From Escherichia coli (lineage in GTDB: Bacteria > Pseudomonadota > Gammaproteobacteria > Enterobacterales > Enterobacteriaceae): a stretch of 64,000 bases of DNA. Position numbers and translations under genes: made by a program. Location: the NCBI RefSeq assembly GCF_003334385.1, contig NZ_QOWN01000003.1; one strand, given 5' to 3'. Below the pieces are notes generated by a model. It did no database searches. It was given only the letters and a program-made list of their open reading frames with translations, and was not told the DNA's origin. Position 1 is the first letter of the stretch, and each line of letters opens with the position of its first letter. Positions 1 to 10,136 of the stretch are shown piece by piece.

Positions 1-883
1 GTACATTCAAAAGATCATAGACAAACGGCGTTGCGCCGAGCATACAGGTGCAACGCTGCTGCTCAAGCAGCGCGAGACACGCATCAGGAGTGAAAATATC
101 TAACAACACGCTGCGAGCGCCAATTAAGAATGGTGCCGTTACGCCATGCAGAAAGCCCGTTGCGTGACCAAGTGGCGCAGGCATCATAAAGACATCCTGC
201 CAGGTCAGATTCAGTCGCGCGCAATAAGCCCGCTCACTGGCGAGAATATTGTTATGCGTTAGCATCACGCCCTTTGGCAGACCCTCGGTTCCGGAGGTAA
301 ACAGCACCGCAGCTAATTCATCGCCGTGGGTCGTTATCGCCGTGGTCAGTGAGGTATTGTCGGCGATAATCTGACTTAATGAGAGGGAAGAGGTGGCGGG
401 AGCCAGTTTGTCCACGCCGACAATTTGTTGTAGTTGTGGAAGCTGATTTTGCAGCGGCAGGATTAAATCTACCGGACGCGTTTGTTTAAACAACGTCGGT
501 GCAAAGAACATTTTTGCCTGACACTTATTGAGCACCCACACCAGTTCTGCTTCCCGCCAGGAAGGCAACAGCGGCACGGAAACTGCACCGATTTTCAGGC
601 AGGCAAGATAGATAACGGTAAATTCACACCAGCCAGGCAGTTGAAATGCGATGCGATCGCCTGATTCAATACCCTTCGCTAACATCCAGTTTGCCAGACA
701 GCTCGCGGCGTGATCGAGCGCGCTATAGGTGTACGATGCACCATGATTATCGACCACGGCAATTTTGTCTGGCATCGCACGAGCGGTCTGCTGCCAGTAA
801 TCGGCCAGCGAAGCATCGCCCCATAACCCTTGCTGACGATACGCCGCACGACGTTGTTCGTTAAACGTTAATGTCACTTTCAT
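1..883 (-). CDS. fadK: acyl-CoA synthetase, N-terminal part only (gene runs off the window start)
   Basis: Reverse-strand ATG at 881-883, N-terminus MKVTLTFNEQRRAAYRQQGLWGDASLADYW..., and position next to ydiT match FadK (YdiD). Absent from the ORF track because it is truncated. Confidence 0.8.
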   Translation of the reverse strand, partial: MKVTLTFNEQRRAAYRQQGLWGDASLADYWQQTARAMPDKIAVVDNHGASYTYSALDHAASCLANWMLAKGIESGDRIAFQLPGWCEFTVIYLACLKIGAVSVPLLPSWREAELVWVLNKCQAKMFFAPTLFKQTRPVDLILPLQNQLPQLQQIVGVDKLAPATSSLSLSQIIADNTSLTTAITTHGDELAAVLFTSGTEGLPKGVMLTHNNILASERAYCARLNLTWQDVFMMPAPLGHATGFLHGVTAPFLIGARSVLLDIFTPDACLALLEQQRCTCMLGATPFVYDLLNV

Positions 884-939
884 GTTGGACTCTCGAAACA
901 GAACATCAGGCCCGAGATGCGGGCCTGTGGGATGCATGA

Positions 940-1233
940 TTAGCCGTAGCGAAAATCAATACCGAAGGTGCCTGCGGGATATTGCCACTGTTCGAGAATA
1001 GTGTTACCGCACAGCACCCGACAGGTGCCGCACTCCAGACAACCGGCGGAATCAAAATGAATGTTTCCTGCGTCATCCTGCTTATAAAGTCCGGCAGGGC
1101 AGGCTTTCATTAATTTATGGAATTCATTGATATCGGGATTTTCCGCCAGAATGATATGCGGGTGGCCCTCATCAACATGGAATTTATTGACGCCTAATTT
1201 GATGTCGACGTTAACCGTAGCGTTCTGGCTCAT
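940..1233 (-). CDS. ydiT: ferredoxin-like protein (FixX-like)
   Basis: 97-aa ORF with a cysteine cluster (CLECGTCRVLC); stop overlaps the ydiS start; gene order ydiQRST. Confidence 0.85.
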   Translation of the reverse strand: MSQNATVNVDIKLGVNKFHVDEGHPHIILAENPDINEFHKLMKACPAGLYKQDDAGNIHFDSAGCLECGTCRVLCGNTILEQWQYPAGTFGIDFRYG

Positions 1234-2519
1234 AGCGCGGTTGCTCCCTTAATGCCATCTTTCAGCAAGTTGATCAGCCCAATTTTCTTCGCATGTCCCA
1301 TGATCATTTTTCGTACCGGCTGGTTTGGTTTGCCGTCGATGGTGAACATCTCGTTCATGATGTCGGCTACCATTCGTGGGTATTGGCTAAACAGGCGCGG
1401 GTTTTCCATCAGCGCCGGGATCTTGCGAAAATGCTGCATATCACGCATGACGCAGCTTTGTTCCAGCTCACGTTTGTATTGCGCCAGACTGCTGGCGGAG
1501 AAATCCGCGCGTTCTTTGGCGGCGATCACCGTTGTGGCGGCAGCCTGAGCCGATGCAATGGCTAAATCCATGCCGCGGACCGTAAAACCCAAATTCAGGC
1601 AGAAGCCTGCGGCGTCACCAACGATCATCACGCCCTCGTTAACCAGTTGCGGCACCATTGCCAGACCGCCTTCCGGCACCATATGCGCGGAATATTCAAG
1701 CAGTTTGCCGCCGCTAATCAGCGGGCGAATGGCGGGGTGTTGTTTAAAATCTTCCAGCATTTGCGGCACGCTTTTTTGCGCATGGGCGATATCACCCAAT
1801 CCACAAACCAGCCCCAAGGATATGGAATCCTTGTTGGTATAGAGAAATCCCCCGCCCATCAGGCCGTCAGAAGGGGAACCGGCAAACAGCCAGGCGGCAC
1901 CTTCCTCGCCCGTAATATTAAAGCGATCGTTGATCTGTTCTGGTGTGAGGCCAATAACCTCTTTAACACCAACAGCGTAATGATGCGGATCGGAAGCGGG
2001 AACCATTCCCAGCGAGCGGCCAAGCATCGAGTTAACGCCATCAGCCAGAATCACCACATTCGCTTCGAGAATATCATCCCCAGCCTGCACGCCAGTGACC
2101 TTGTTTCCTTCACGAACCAGCGCGTCGACGCGAACGCCTGGGATAAACTGCGCGCCCGCCTGCTCGGCTTGTTCCATCAACCACGGGTCCAGACGATTAC
2201 GCAATACGGTATAAGATGCGTGTTGCGGAACATCTGGCTGCTCGCGGTGAAAATCGAGGGTAACGGCGCTTTCTTCGGTTAAGAAGGAGATTTTCTCGCG
2301 TGTGACCTTGCGTTCTACCGGCGCTGATACTGCAAAGCCTGGAATGATTGCTTCAAGTGTGTGGGCATAAAGACGCCCGCCGGTCATGTTTTTACATCCG
2401 GCACTGTCGCCGCGTTCTATCACCAGGACATCCAGCCCGGCTCGTGCCATGACCAGTGCGGCAACGCTACCAGCAACGCCCGCACCGACCACAATGGCAT
2501 CAAATTTGTCATCCGACAT
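1230..2519 (-). CDS. ydiS: FAD-dependent oxidoreductase (FixC / ETF-quinone oxidoreductase-like)
   Basis: 429-aa ORF with an N-terminal dinucleotide-binding motif (VVGAGVAGS). Confidence 0.85.
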   Translation of the reverse strand: MSDDKFDAIVVGAGVAGSVAALVMARAGLDVLVIERGDSAGCKNMTGGRLYAHTLEAIIPGFAVSAPVERKVTREKISFLTEESAVTLDFHREQPDVPQHASYTVLRNRLDPWLMEQAEQAGAQFIPGVRVDALVREGNKVTGVQAGDDILEANVVILADGVNSMLGRSLGMVPASDPHHYAVGVKEVIGLTPEQINDRFNITGEEGAAWLFAGSPSDGLMGGGFLYTNKDSISLGLVCGLGDIAHAQKSVPQMLEDFKQHPAIRPLISGGKLLEYSAHMVPEGGLAMVPQLVNEGVMIVGDAAGFCLNLGFTVRGMDLAIASAQAAATTVIAAKERADFSASSLAQYKRELEQSCVMRDMQHFRKIPALMENPRLFSQYPRMVADIMNEMFTIDGKPNQPVRKMIMGHAKKIGLINLLKDGIKGATAL

Positions 2520-2574
2520 GCGTTATGCTCCCTTCCCGCTGCGTTTACAGCGGGAGATGTGGTTGAAAGGGGAA

Positions 2575-3513
2575 TTAGCGGCTCAACTGGCTAATCAGGG
2601 CAGGGACGACTTTGTAGATATCGCCCACCAGACCGTAGTCGGCATAGTTGAAGATTGGCGCATTTTTATCTTTATTGATGGCGACAATCACTTTTGCGCC
2701 GTTGCCGCCAACCATATGCTGGATCTGCCCGGAGATCCCCAGCGTCAGGTAGAGATCGGATTTCAGCAACACGCCGGAGACACCGATATAACGTTCACGC
2801 TCCATCCAGTTCTCGCCTTCGGCAATTGGACGTGAACAGCCGACTTCAGCATTCAGCACCGCCGCCAGTTCGTGGACCATTTTTAGGTCATCCTGCGCCG
2901 CCAGTCCACGACCGACGCCAACCACACGTTTTGCTTTGCTCAGGTCCACGCTGCTTGCGGCTTTCGCACGGCGTTCGCGACAGAGAATTTCATGACGCGG
3001 AGCAACATAAGGTACCGTTTCTGTCGGGCACTGATGAGAGGTATCACTGGTGCACGGTTCCTGAACACCGGGTGCAAGGGTAATGATCGCCAGCGGGCTG
3101 TTGATCTTTTCCTGAGCGAACGCTAACCCGCCATACATCCGGTGTTCGGCGCAAATGTGACCATCGACAATATCCACCGCCGTGGCATCGTTCACCAGCG
3201 CCGCATTCAGTTGCACACTTAACCGTGCTGCCAGCGCTTTACCACGTTTCGTCGCGGCCAACAGCAACATAGCGGGGTGTTTATCTTTCAGCAGGGCAGC
3301 AATGCTTTCGGCGTAATTTTCAGTGCGTTGCAGCGCGTCGTTTTGCGCAAGAACATAAAGACATTTTGGACCATAAGGCATAACTGCCTGCGCCTGGTCG
3401 GTATTTTGTACAATGGCATACACCTGTTGGCCCCATTGCTGAGCGCCGCCAAACAGTTCAGCATAACGTTCAGGATTATCGCTAAAGACCCAGACGCTGT
3501 TTAATTGACTCAT
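2575..3513 (-). CDS. ydiR: electron transfer flavoprotein, alpha-type subunit (FixB-like)
   Basis: 312-aa ORF between ydiQ and ydiS. Confidence 0.85.
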   Translation of the reverse strand: MSQLNSVWVFSDNPERYAELFGGAQQWGQQVYAIVQNTDQAQAVMPYGPKCLYVLAQNDALQRTENYAESIAALLKDKHPAMLLLAATKRGKALAARLSVQLNAALVNDATAVDIVDGHICAEHRMYGGLAFAQEKINSPLAIITLAPGVQEPCTSDTSHQCPTETVPYVAPRHEILCRERRAKAASSVDLSKAKRVVGVGRGLAAQDDLKMVHELAAVLNAEVGCSRPIAEGENWMERERYIGVSGVLLKSDLYLTLGISGQIQHMVGGNGAKVIVAINKDKNAPIFNYADYGLVGDIYKVVPALISQLSR

Positions 3514-3532
3514 CGTTTCTTCTCCGTAGGCT

Positions 3533-4297
3533 TCAGTTCAGGGCTTTCTTCAGATGTTCCGCCAGCTCGGCAATGGCCTCCGGCGAATCGTTATCGATAA
3601 TGATGTGCTTACGTTCTGTTTGCGGCGGTACGCGAATGCCGACCAGTTCAGCAAGTGGCGCGCTCTGGCTCCAGTCAATATCACTTGCCTGCCACTGATT
3701 TACCGGTTTTTTACCCGCGCCGAGAATGGCTTTCATCGAAGGAATGCGTGGCACGTTAATATCGGAGGTGACGCAGAGCACGGCTGGAACAGAGAGTTCA
3801 ATAACTTCAACATCATCTTCAAGCGTGCGTTCAATCACCAGTGTATTGCCCTGACGCTGAATAGCACTCACTGCATTAATCACCGGAAGTTGCAGAATTT
3901 CTCCGACCAGCAAGCCAACCTGCTGGGCATAAAGGTCGCCGGAACCTTCACCAAAGATCAGTAAATCGAAGCCGATCTTTTCAATTGCTGCCGCCAGCGC
4001 TTTTGCGGTATCGAGAGGCAGTGCATGTTCAAGTTGCGCATCCTGCACCAAATACAGGCTGTGCGGCCCGCGGGATAGCACGTCTTTGCGCACTTTCGAG
4101 TTCTGCAACAATGAGCCGCCAACGGTCAGCGCGGCTATCTCATCGTCATCTGTTGCGAGCTGGCTTGCAGCTTCAATGGCATTGAGATCGAACTGGCTGA
4201 TTTTGGCGTCGGCATTGTCGAAATTCAGGGTGTATTCTGGAGTGACAACAATGTCCTGTTCTTCAGGCACCAGCTTAAAGCAGGTTATTATTTTCAT
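3533..4297 (-). CDS. ydiQ: electron transfer flavoprotein, beta-type subunit (FixA-like)
   Basis: ORF track gives 3533..4396; likely start is the internal ATG at 4295-4297 (MKIITCFKLVPEEQD...), preceded by a Shine-Dalgarno-like AGGAGA, giving about 254 aa. Confidence 0.8.
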   Translation of the reverse strand: MKIITCFKLVPEEQDIVVTPEYTLNFDNADAKISQFDLNAIEAASQLATDDDEIAALTVGGSLLQNSKVRKDVLSRGPHSLYLVQDAQLEHALPLDTAKALAAAIEKIGFDLLIFGEGSGDLYAQQVGLLVGEILQLPVINAVSAIQRQGNTLVIERTLEDDVEVIELSVPAVLCVTSDINVPRIPSMKAILGAGKKPVNQWQASDIDWSQSAPLAELVGIRVPPQTERKHIIIDNDSPEAIAELAEHLKKALN

Positions 4298-4612
4298 GAT
4301 TTCTCCTGTGAGTCGCATACGGAACCATCTCCGATGGAAGGTAAAAATGGCCTGAAAATAGTGTGCGATAGCGGTGCGGGGTTTTCGACGGAGCAAGCTG
4401 TTTTCCTTGCCAACAATCTTGCAAAAAAAATGCGATCGCTAAAACAAAAGTGCAATTTGCGGCAATATAGTTATTCCATGACCGTACAATCTTGCATTCA
4501 GTGTAAATAATCTTGTTTAGCTCTCGCTAAACGCGGTTGTATAACCGCAATACACGCCGTATTTTATCCGGCATATATTGTTTTTGCTTGCTCATGGAAT
4601 AGGGAGGTTGTC

Positions 4613-5524
4613 ATGTATCAACGCTGTTTTGATAACGCCAGTGAAACGCTGTTTGTCGCCGGTAAAACGCCACGGCTTTCACGTTTTGCATTTAGCGATG
4701 ATCCAAAATGGGAGTCCGGACATCACGTTCATGACAATGAAACCGAGTTGATTTACGTCAAGAAAGGGGTTGCAAGGTTTACCATCGATTCTTCGTTATA
4801 TGTCGCACATGCGGATGACATTGTGGTGATAGAACGCGGCAGGCTGCATGCGGTGGCCTCTGACGTTAACGATCCGGCAACGACGTGTACCTGTGCGCTG
4901 TACGGCTTTCAGTTTCAGGGGGCTGAGGAAAATCAGCTACTGCAACCGCATTCTTGTCCGGTAATTGCCGCGGGGCAGGGAAAAGAAGTCATAAAAACCT
5001 TATTTAATGAGCTAAGTGTGATTTTGCCGCAAAGTAAAAATAGCCAAACATCTTCGTTATGGGATGCATTTGCCTATACGTTAGCCATTCTTTACTACGA
5101 AAATTTTAAAAATGCTTATCGTTCGGAGCAGGGGTATATTAAAAAAGATGTTCTGATAAAAGATATTCTTTTCTATCTGAATAATAATTATCGCGAAAAA
5201 ATCACTTTAGAACAGTTATCGAAAAAATTTCGTGCCAGCGTCAGTTATATTTGCCATGAATTTACCAAAGAGTATCGTATTTCCCCTATTAACTATGTTA
5301 TTCAACGGCGTATGACGGAAGCAAAATGGTCACTCACTAATACTGAATTATCACAGGCAGAGATCTCCTGGCGTGTGGGTTATGAAAATGTCGATCACTT
5401 TGCCAAACTGTTTTTGCGCCATGTCGGTTGTTCGCCCAGCGATTACCGTAGACAATTTAAAAACTGTTTTGCGGAACAAGAAATCCTATCTGAATTTCCT
5501 CAACCGGTAAGTCTTGTTGGATAA
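4613..5524 (+). CDS. ydiP: AraC-family transcriptional regulator
   Basis: 303-aa ORF with a C-terminal AraC-type HTH; divergent from ydiQ. Confidence 0.85.
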   Translation: MYQRCFDNASETLFVAGKTPRLSRFAFSDDPKWESGHHVHDNETELIYVKKGVARFTIDSSLYVAHADDIVVIERGRLHAVASDVNDPATTCTCALYGFQFQGAEENQLLQPHSCPVIAAGQGKEVIKTLFNELSVILPQSKNSQTSSLWDAFAYTLAILYYENFKNAYRSEQGYIKKDVLIKDILFYLNNNYREKITLEQLSKKFRASVSYICHEFTKEYRISPINYVIQRRMTEAKWSLTNTELSQAEISWRVGYENVDHFAKLFLRHVGCSPSDYRRQFKNCFAEQEILSEFPQPVSLVG

Positions 5525-5528
5525 ATCT

Positions 5529-5560
5529 GGCGGCGCAGTTTGTTAAGAAGCTGCGCCGCC
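5529..5560. terminator. hairpin between convergent ydiP and ydiO (possible bidirectional terminator)
   Basis: Inverted repeat GGCGGCGCAG ... CTGCGCCGCC with a 12-nt loop in the 42-nt convergent gap. Confidence 0.4.
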
Positions 5561-5566
5561 TGCAGA

Positions 5567-6718
5567 TTATTTGTTCTGATAGTCTTTCAGGATCTGCCGA
5601 CCTGCTACGTAAATCATAATTTCGTCTGTACCGCCGCCGATACGTTCACAACGGACATCACGCCAGAAGCGGGAGACGCGCGCCTCATCGGTATAGCCCA
5701 GACCGCCCATGATTTGAATCGCATCATCAATGACTTCCATTGCGGTACGTGCACAGTACAGTTTTGCCAGCGCCGCGCTGGTGCGCAGTGACTGATGCTG
5801 ATCGGCTTGCCATGCCACTTTCAGCACCATGTTGCGCATGTTGTCGATCTTAATCGCCATCAGCGCCAGTTTTTCCTGGATCATCTGGTTATGACCAATG
5901 GGCTTACCAAAAGCGATACGTTGGTTGGCATAGCGGGCGGCATCTTCAAAGGCGCATTCGGCAAAGCCGGTGCTGCGCGCGGCGTTGATCAGGCGCTCCA
6001 TCTCAAAGTTGTACATCACATTGAGGAAACCCATTCCTTCTTCGCCCACCATGTCGCTCTCTTCAACCTCCACGTTGTCGAGATAGACTTCGCAGGTGCT
6101 GAGCATATGCCAGCCGATTTTATGCAGCGGGTTAATCTTAATGCCGGGCTTACTGGAGTCGACCCACCACAGGGTGAAGGCTTTTTTGGGATCTTTCGGT
6201 TGCGGATCGCGCGCCAGCACCAGCATATACGGGTACTCTTTCGCACCGGTAATAAAGGTTTTTTGTCCGTTGATGTAGACCTTGCCGTTTTTACGCGTGT
6301 AAGTGGTAGTGGCACTGTTGTTATCTGAGCCAGCACCTGGTTCCGTCAACGCCAGGGCATAGGCGGGATCACCCGTTTCCAGGGTGCTCTCTGCCGTTTT
6401 ACGTAGCTGCTCTGCAGAACCGAAACGGCGCATACTGTGAATACATTGACCGTTGGTAATTAAAAATGCCGGAGCACCGCATTTTGACACTTCCATCAGC
6501 GCCAGCATTTGGGTGACGTAATCCGCAGGGATACCACCAAATTCTTCCGGCACGCCAAGCATGGAAATACCGTTATCCGCCAGCGCCCGCATAAACTCAC
6601 GCGGATATGTCCCGTTTTGATCGCAGGTGCGGAAATACTCTTCCGGAAAGTTAGTCGTAATCAGTTCGCGAATACTGGCCAGCAGCAGTTCTTGTTCTTC
6701 AGTTAAAGAAAAATCCAT
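5567..6718 (-). CDS. ydiO: acyl-CoA dehydrogenase family protein
   Basis: ORF track 5567..6772; start taken at ATG 6716-6718 (MDFSLTEEQELLL...), about 383 aa. Confidence 0.85.
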   Translation of the reverse strand: MDFSLTEEQELLLASIRELITTNFPEEYFRTCDQNGTYPREFMRALADNGISMLGVPEEFGGIPADYVTQMLALMEVSKCGAPAFLITNGQCIHSMRRFGSAEQLRKTAESTLETGDPAYALALTEPGAGSDNNSATTTYTRKNGKVYINGQKTFITGAKEYPYMLVLARDPQPKDPKKAFTLWWVDSSKPGIKINPLHKIGWHMLSTCEVYLDNVEVEESDMVGEEGMGFLNVMYNFEMERLINAARSTGFAECAFEDAARYANQRIAFGKPIGHNQMIQEKLALMAIKIDNMRNMVLKVAWQADQHQSLRTSAALAKLYCARTAMEVIDDAIQIMGGLGYTDEARVSRFWRDVRCERIGGGTDEIMIYVAGRQILKDYQNK

Positions 6719-6731
6719 CATTATACTCCTG

Positions 6732-8327
6732 TTAATGAGCCGCTTCAGGCAGGACAAAACCCATCGCCGCATCGATAAATAATCTTTCGTCCATCAGTTT
6801 GAGTTCTGGCGAAATCACTGGGGTGAAATCCATTTTGTCGAGAATATCTTTTTGTAAATCGACGCCAGGGGCGATTTCGATTAAATGCAGGCCGTCTTCT
6901 TTCAGCGTGAATACTGCGCGCTCAGTGATATAACGAACATCCAGCCCTCGCTCGAGAGCGATTTTTCCGCTGAAAGTAATTTCCGGTAGTTCCCGAATAA
7001 ATTTCTTCACCCGTCCTTCCTGGACGATATTTAATTTGCCGTCGGTAATTTCTGTTTTTAAACTGCCCGCAGTTAATGTGCCGCAGAAAATGATTTTCTT
7101 CGAAGTGGCACTGATATCAATAAATCCACCGGTGCCCATGATTTTACCATTGAATTTATGCACGCCGACGTTACCGTGCTGGTCGACTTCAGCAAAACTC
7201 AAATAACAAACATCCAGACCGCCACCGTGATAAAAATCAAACTGGGACGTCATATCCAGAATGGCACGGGTATTCACGTTCGCGCCAAAGGCGATCCCCT
7301 GTGAAGTAATTCCGCCAATCGGACCTGTTTCTACCGTCAGAATAAAGTCATCAGCACAACCTTCTTCTCGGGCGACCAGGCCAATGCCGTCAGCAATACC
7401 GACGCCGACATTCCCCACCGCGCCTTTACGCATTTCGAATAATGCGCGCCGCGCAACTAATTTACGTTGGTTTAGGGGCAGGCTAAGTTTGGTACTGTCA
7501 TCAAGGGTGAAGTCACCAGAAATAAAGCGGTTAACCGGTGCACCGCCATACAGTTGGGTTTGATCCGGATCGACCACCACAATATCCACCAGATAACCCG
7601 GAATACGGACAGATTTAGGATGCAGCGTGGCTTTCTTAACCATTTTCTGCACCTGCATCATCACAATACCGCCGTTATTGTGCACCGCCTGGGCAATAAC
7701 CAATGCGTCGAGATACATCACCTCATCTTCAAAAGTGGCGTAGCCTTCACTGTCGCAGGTGGTAGCGCGAATGAAGGCAATATCTGGCGCAATCGCTTTG
7801 TAATAGAGATATTCTTTGTTATCAAACTCGACCAGTTTAATCAGGTCTTCTTTAGTGACTTCATTCAGTTTGCCGCCTTGCTGGCGTGGATCGACAAATG
7901 TCCCGATGCCAATATCACTAATAATACCAGGCTGGTGGGCTGCGGCGGCGCGTAAGGTTTGTGTAAGTACACCTTGTGGGTAGTTATAAGCAATAATTTT
8001 ATTTTGTTCTGCGAGTTCAGAAATACGCGGCGATTGTCCCCAGTGACCACATAATGCCCATTTCACCAGACCTTCTTGCGCCAGAGGACTAATACCACGG
8101 TCGGCGCGATCGCCAAGCCCTGTTGGACTAATAATCGATAAATTACGTGGTGTTTGAGTCTGTTTATATTTATCAGCAAGAGCAGTAATTAACGTGGTGG
8201 CTTCCAGAATACCGCCGCCAGCGCCTAACACACAAAGTGTTGCTTCGTCGGGAATATAATTCACCGCTTCCTGTGCCGACAGGACCGGCACTCGTCCATT
8301 AATACGAGGTGGTTTTACAGGTTTCAT
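6732..8327 (-). CDS. ydiF: acyl-CoA:acetate CoA-transferase (fused alpha/beta subunits)
   Basis: 531-aa ORF; gene order aroD-ydiF-ydiO. Confidence 0.85.
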   Translation of the reverse strand: MKPVKPPRINGRVPVLSAQEAVNYIPDEATLCVLGAGGGILEATTLITALADKYKQTQTPRNLSIISPTGLGDRADRGISPLAQEGLVKWALCGHWGQSPRISELAEQNKIIAYNYPQGVLTQTLRAAAAHQPGIISDIGIGTFVDPRQQGGKLNEVTKEDLIKLVEFDNKEYLYYKAIAPDIAFIRATTCDSEGYATFEDEVMYLDALVIAQAVHNNGGIVMMQVQKMVKKATLHPKSVRIPGYLVDIVVVDPDQTQLYGGAPVNRFISGDFTLDDSTKLSLPLNQRKLVARRALFEMRKGAVGNVGVGIADGIGLVAREEGCADDFILTVETGPIGGITSQGIAFGANVNTRAILDMTSQFDFYHGGGLDVCYLSFAEVDQHGNVGVHKFNGKIMGTGGFIDISATSKKIIFCGTLTAGSLKTEITDGKLNIVQEGRVKKFIRELPEITFSGKIALERGLDVRYITERAVFTLKEDGLHLIEIAPGVDLQKDILDKMDFTPVISPELKLMDERLFIDAAMGFVLPEAAH

Positions 8328-8469
8328 TGTTAATTCCTGATTCAGATGTGATTTTCCCTACGCCAAATGGAGAATTAGCGCACAGAGACTCACGAAATAT
8401 TTTTATTAAATACGATTGAATATATTTTTTAGTTCGGCGGGGAGGGTGTTCCCGCCGAAATATTATTGC

Positions 8470-9228
8470 TTATGCCTGGTGTAAAATAGTTAATACCGTG
8501 CGCAAATCATTTACCGAGATTTGCCCTGGCGCAGACGCTTTTTTTACCGCACCAAAAGTTGCCGCCGAGCCAAATACTTCACCAGCCAGACGAGAAATTA
8601 CGCCAGTTTTTGCCATCGACATCGTGATAATTGGACGATCGGCATACTGCTCCTGCATCTCCAGGGTCGCGGCAAGCAACGTCAGCACATCGCTGGTACT
8701 TTGCGGCATCAGCGCAATCTTAGGAATATCGGCGTCGAAGGATTGCATTTTGCGCAGACGGGCAATGATTTCTTCGGCTTCCGGCGTTTTATGGAAGTCA
8801 TGGTTGGACATGACTACTTTCACATCATGCGCGTGGGCGTAGGCGACGGTTTCTTTAACCTGATCATCACCGGTAAATAACTCCAGATCGATCATATCAA
8901 CCAGGCCGCTGTCGATGGCTGCACGATTGAGTGCAATATAAGCCTCGGTGGAAATCGCCTGCTCGCCGCCTTCTTTGGCACTGCGGAAGGTAAACAGCAG
9001 CGGTTTTTCTGGCATGGTCTCACGGAGAATTTTTGCTGCCGCCATGACAGACTCCACATTGGAGAGGTCGGCATAGTGGTCCACACGCCATTCCAGAATA
9101 TCAAAGTCCGCTTCACGATAGGCGAGAGCTTCGGATTTCACGCTGGCGATATCTTTCGCCATCAGCGAGACGATGATTTTAGGTGCGCCCGTACCAATGA
9201 CGAGATCTTTTACAGTTACGGTTTTCAT
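8470..9228 (-). CDS. aroD: 3-dehydroquinate dehydratase, type I
   Basis: 252-aa ORF starting [26 protein letters not shown], recognised as AroD. Confidence 0.92.
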   Translation of the reverse strand: MKTVTVKDLVIGTGAPKIIVSLMAKDIASVKSEALAYREADFDILEWRVDHYADLSNVESVMAAAKILRETMPEKPLLFTFRSAKEGGEQAISTEAYIALNRAAIDSGLVDMIDLELFTGDDQVKETVAYAHAHDVKVVMSNHDFHKTPEAEEIIARLRKMQSFDADIPKIALMPQSTSDVLTLLAATLEMQEQYADRPIITMSMAKTGVISRLAGEVFGSAATFGAVKKASAPGQISVNDLRTVLTILHQA

Positions 9229-9258
9229 TTTTTACCCTTTCTGCACGCGGTCAGCCTG

Positions 9259-10125
9259 TCAGGCACCGAACCCCATGACCTGTTTAACATATTCCAGAGG
9301 GAAATCTTTGCCAGTCCATAATGTGAACTGTTCAGCCCCTTGCCACAACAACATGCCGTATCCATCAATCGTTTTGCAACCAGCTTGTTGCGCCTGCTGC
9401 AATAACTTCGTCATATGCGGGTTATACACGCATTCAGTGACCAGAAGTCCCGGATGTAACAGACTGATATCATTAACCAATGATTCATTCTCAAGGGGTT
9501 TCATACCCACTTTTGTGCCATTGGTTAAAATGTCGGCGGAAGCCAGGGCTTCAGCAAAGGCTTGCTGATCGGCGAGATCGGTGACCGTGACGACACAATC
9601 GGTGTTTTCATTAACCCGCTGCGCGAAGGCGAGGGCTTTATCGAAGAACTCATCCCGACGGTTAAAGAGTTTAATTTCTTTTAAACCTTCAATTGCCCCC
9701 TGCGCGCCAATTGCCGTTGAGGCACCACCAGCCCCTAACAGCACCATCGTTTTGCCTTTGATATCAAAACCGCTCTCTTTAATGGCGCGAATATGGCCCG
9801 TGCCGTCGGTGTTATAGCCACGCAGATAGCCATCATCATTAACGATGGTGTTGATGGCCCCCACCAGTTTGGCAGCTGGTGTTAATTCATCAACATATTC
9901 ACACGCCAGTTGTTTGTTCGGCATCGATACACCAGTTCCGCGCATTTTGAGGGCTTTTAATCCTTCAATTGCTCCAGGAAAGCTATCGTTATCCACTTCG
10001 AAGGCCATATAGGTAAATGGCAATCCCGCTTTTTCTAAGGCTTTATTCTGCATTTCGGGCGATAAACTGTGGCGGATAGGATAGGCCATCAACCCAATCA
10101 ATTCGTATTTTGCGGTAACATCCAT
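9259..10125 (-). CDS. ydiB: quinate/shikimate 5-dehydrogenase (NAD-dependent)
   Basis: 288-aa ORF; AroE paralogue directly upstream of aroD. Confidence 0.88.
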
Positions 10126-10136
10126 AATTAACTCCT

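Noticed and set aside
1647-2282. Plus-strand 211-aa ORF inside ydiS; similar antisense ORFs inside ydiO (5795..6328), mdtK (39738..40235), cfa (41569..42009), purR (45105..45944) and ydiJ (16180..17027)
   Set aside because: Each is fully contained within a longer, motif-bearing gene on the opposite strand. None has a Shine-Dalgarno or recognisable domain.
8433-8459. Hairpin TTCGGCGGG...CCCGCCGAA between aroD and ydiF as an intrinsic terminator
   Set aside because: The T-run lies on the wrong side of the stem for the minus-strand aroD transcript, which would be followed by an A-tract. It is probably an mRNA structural element rather than a terminator.
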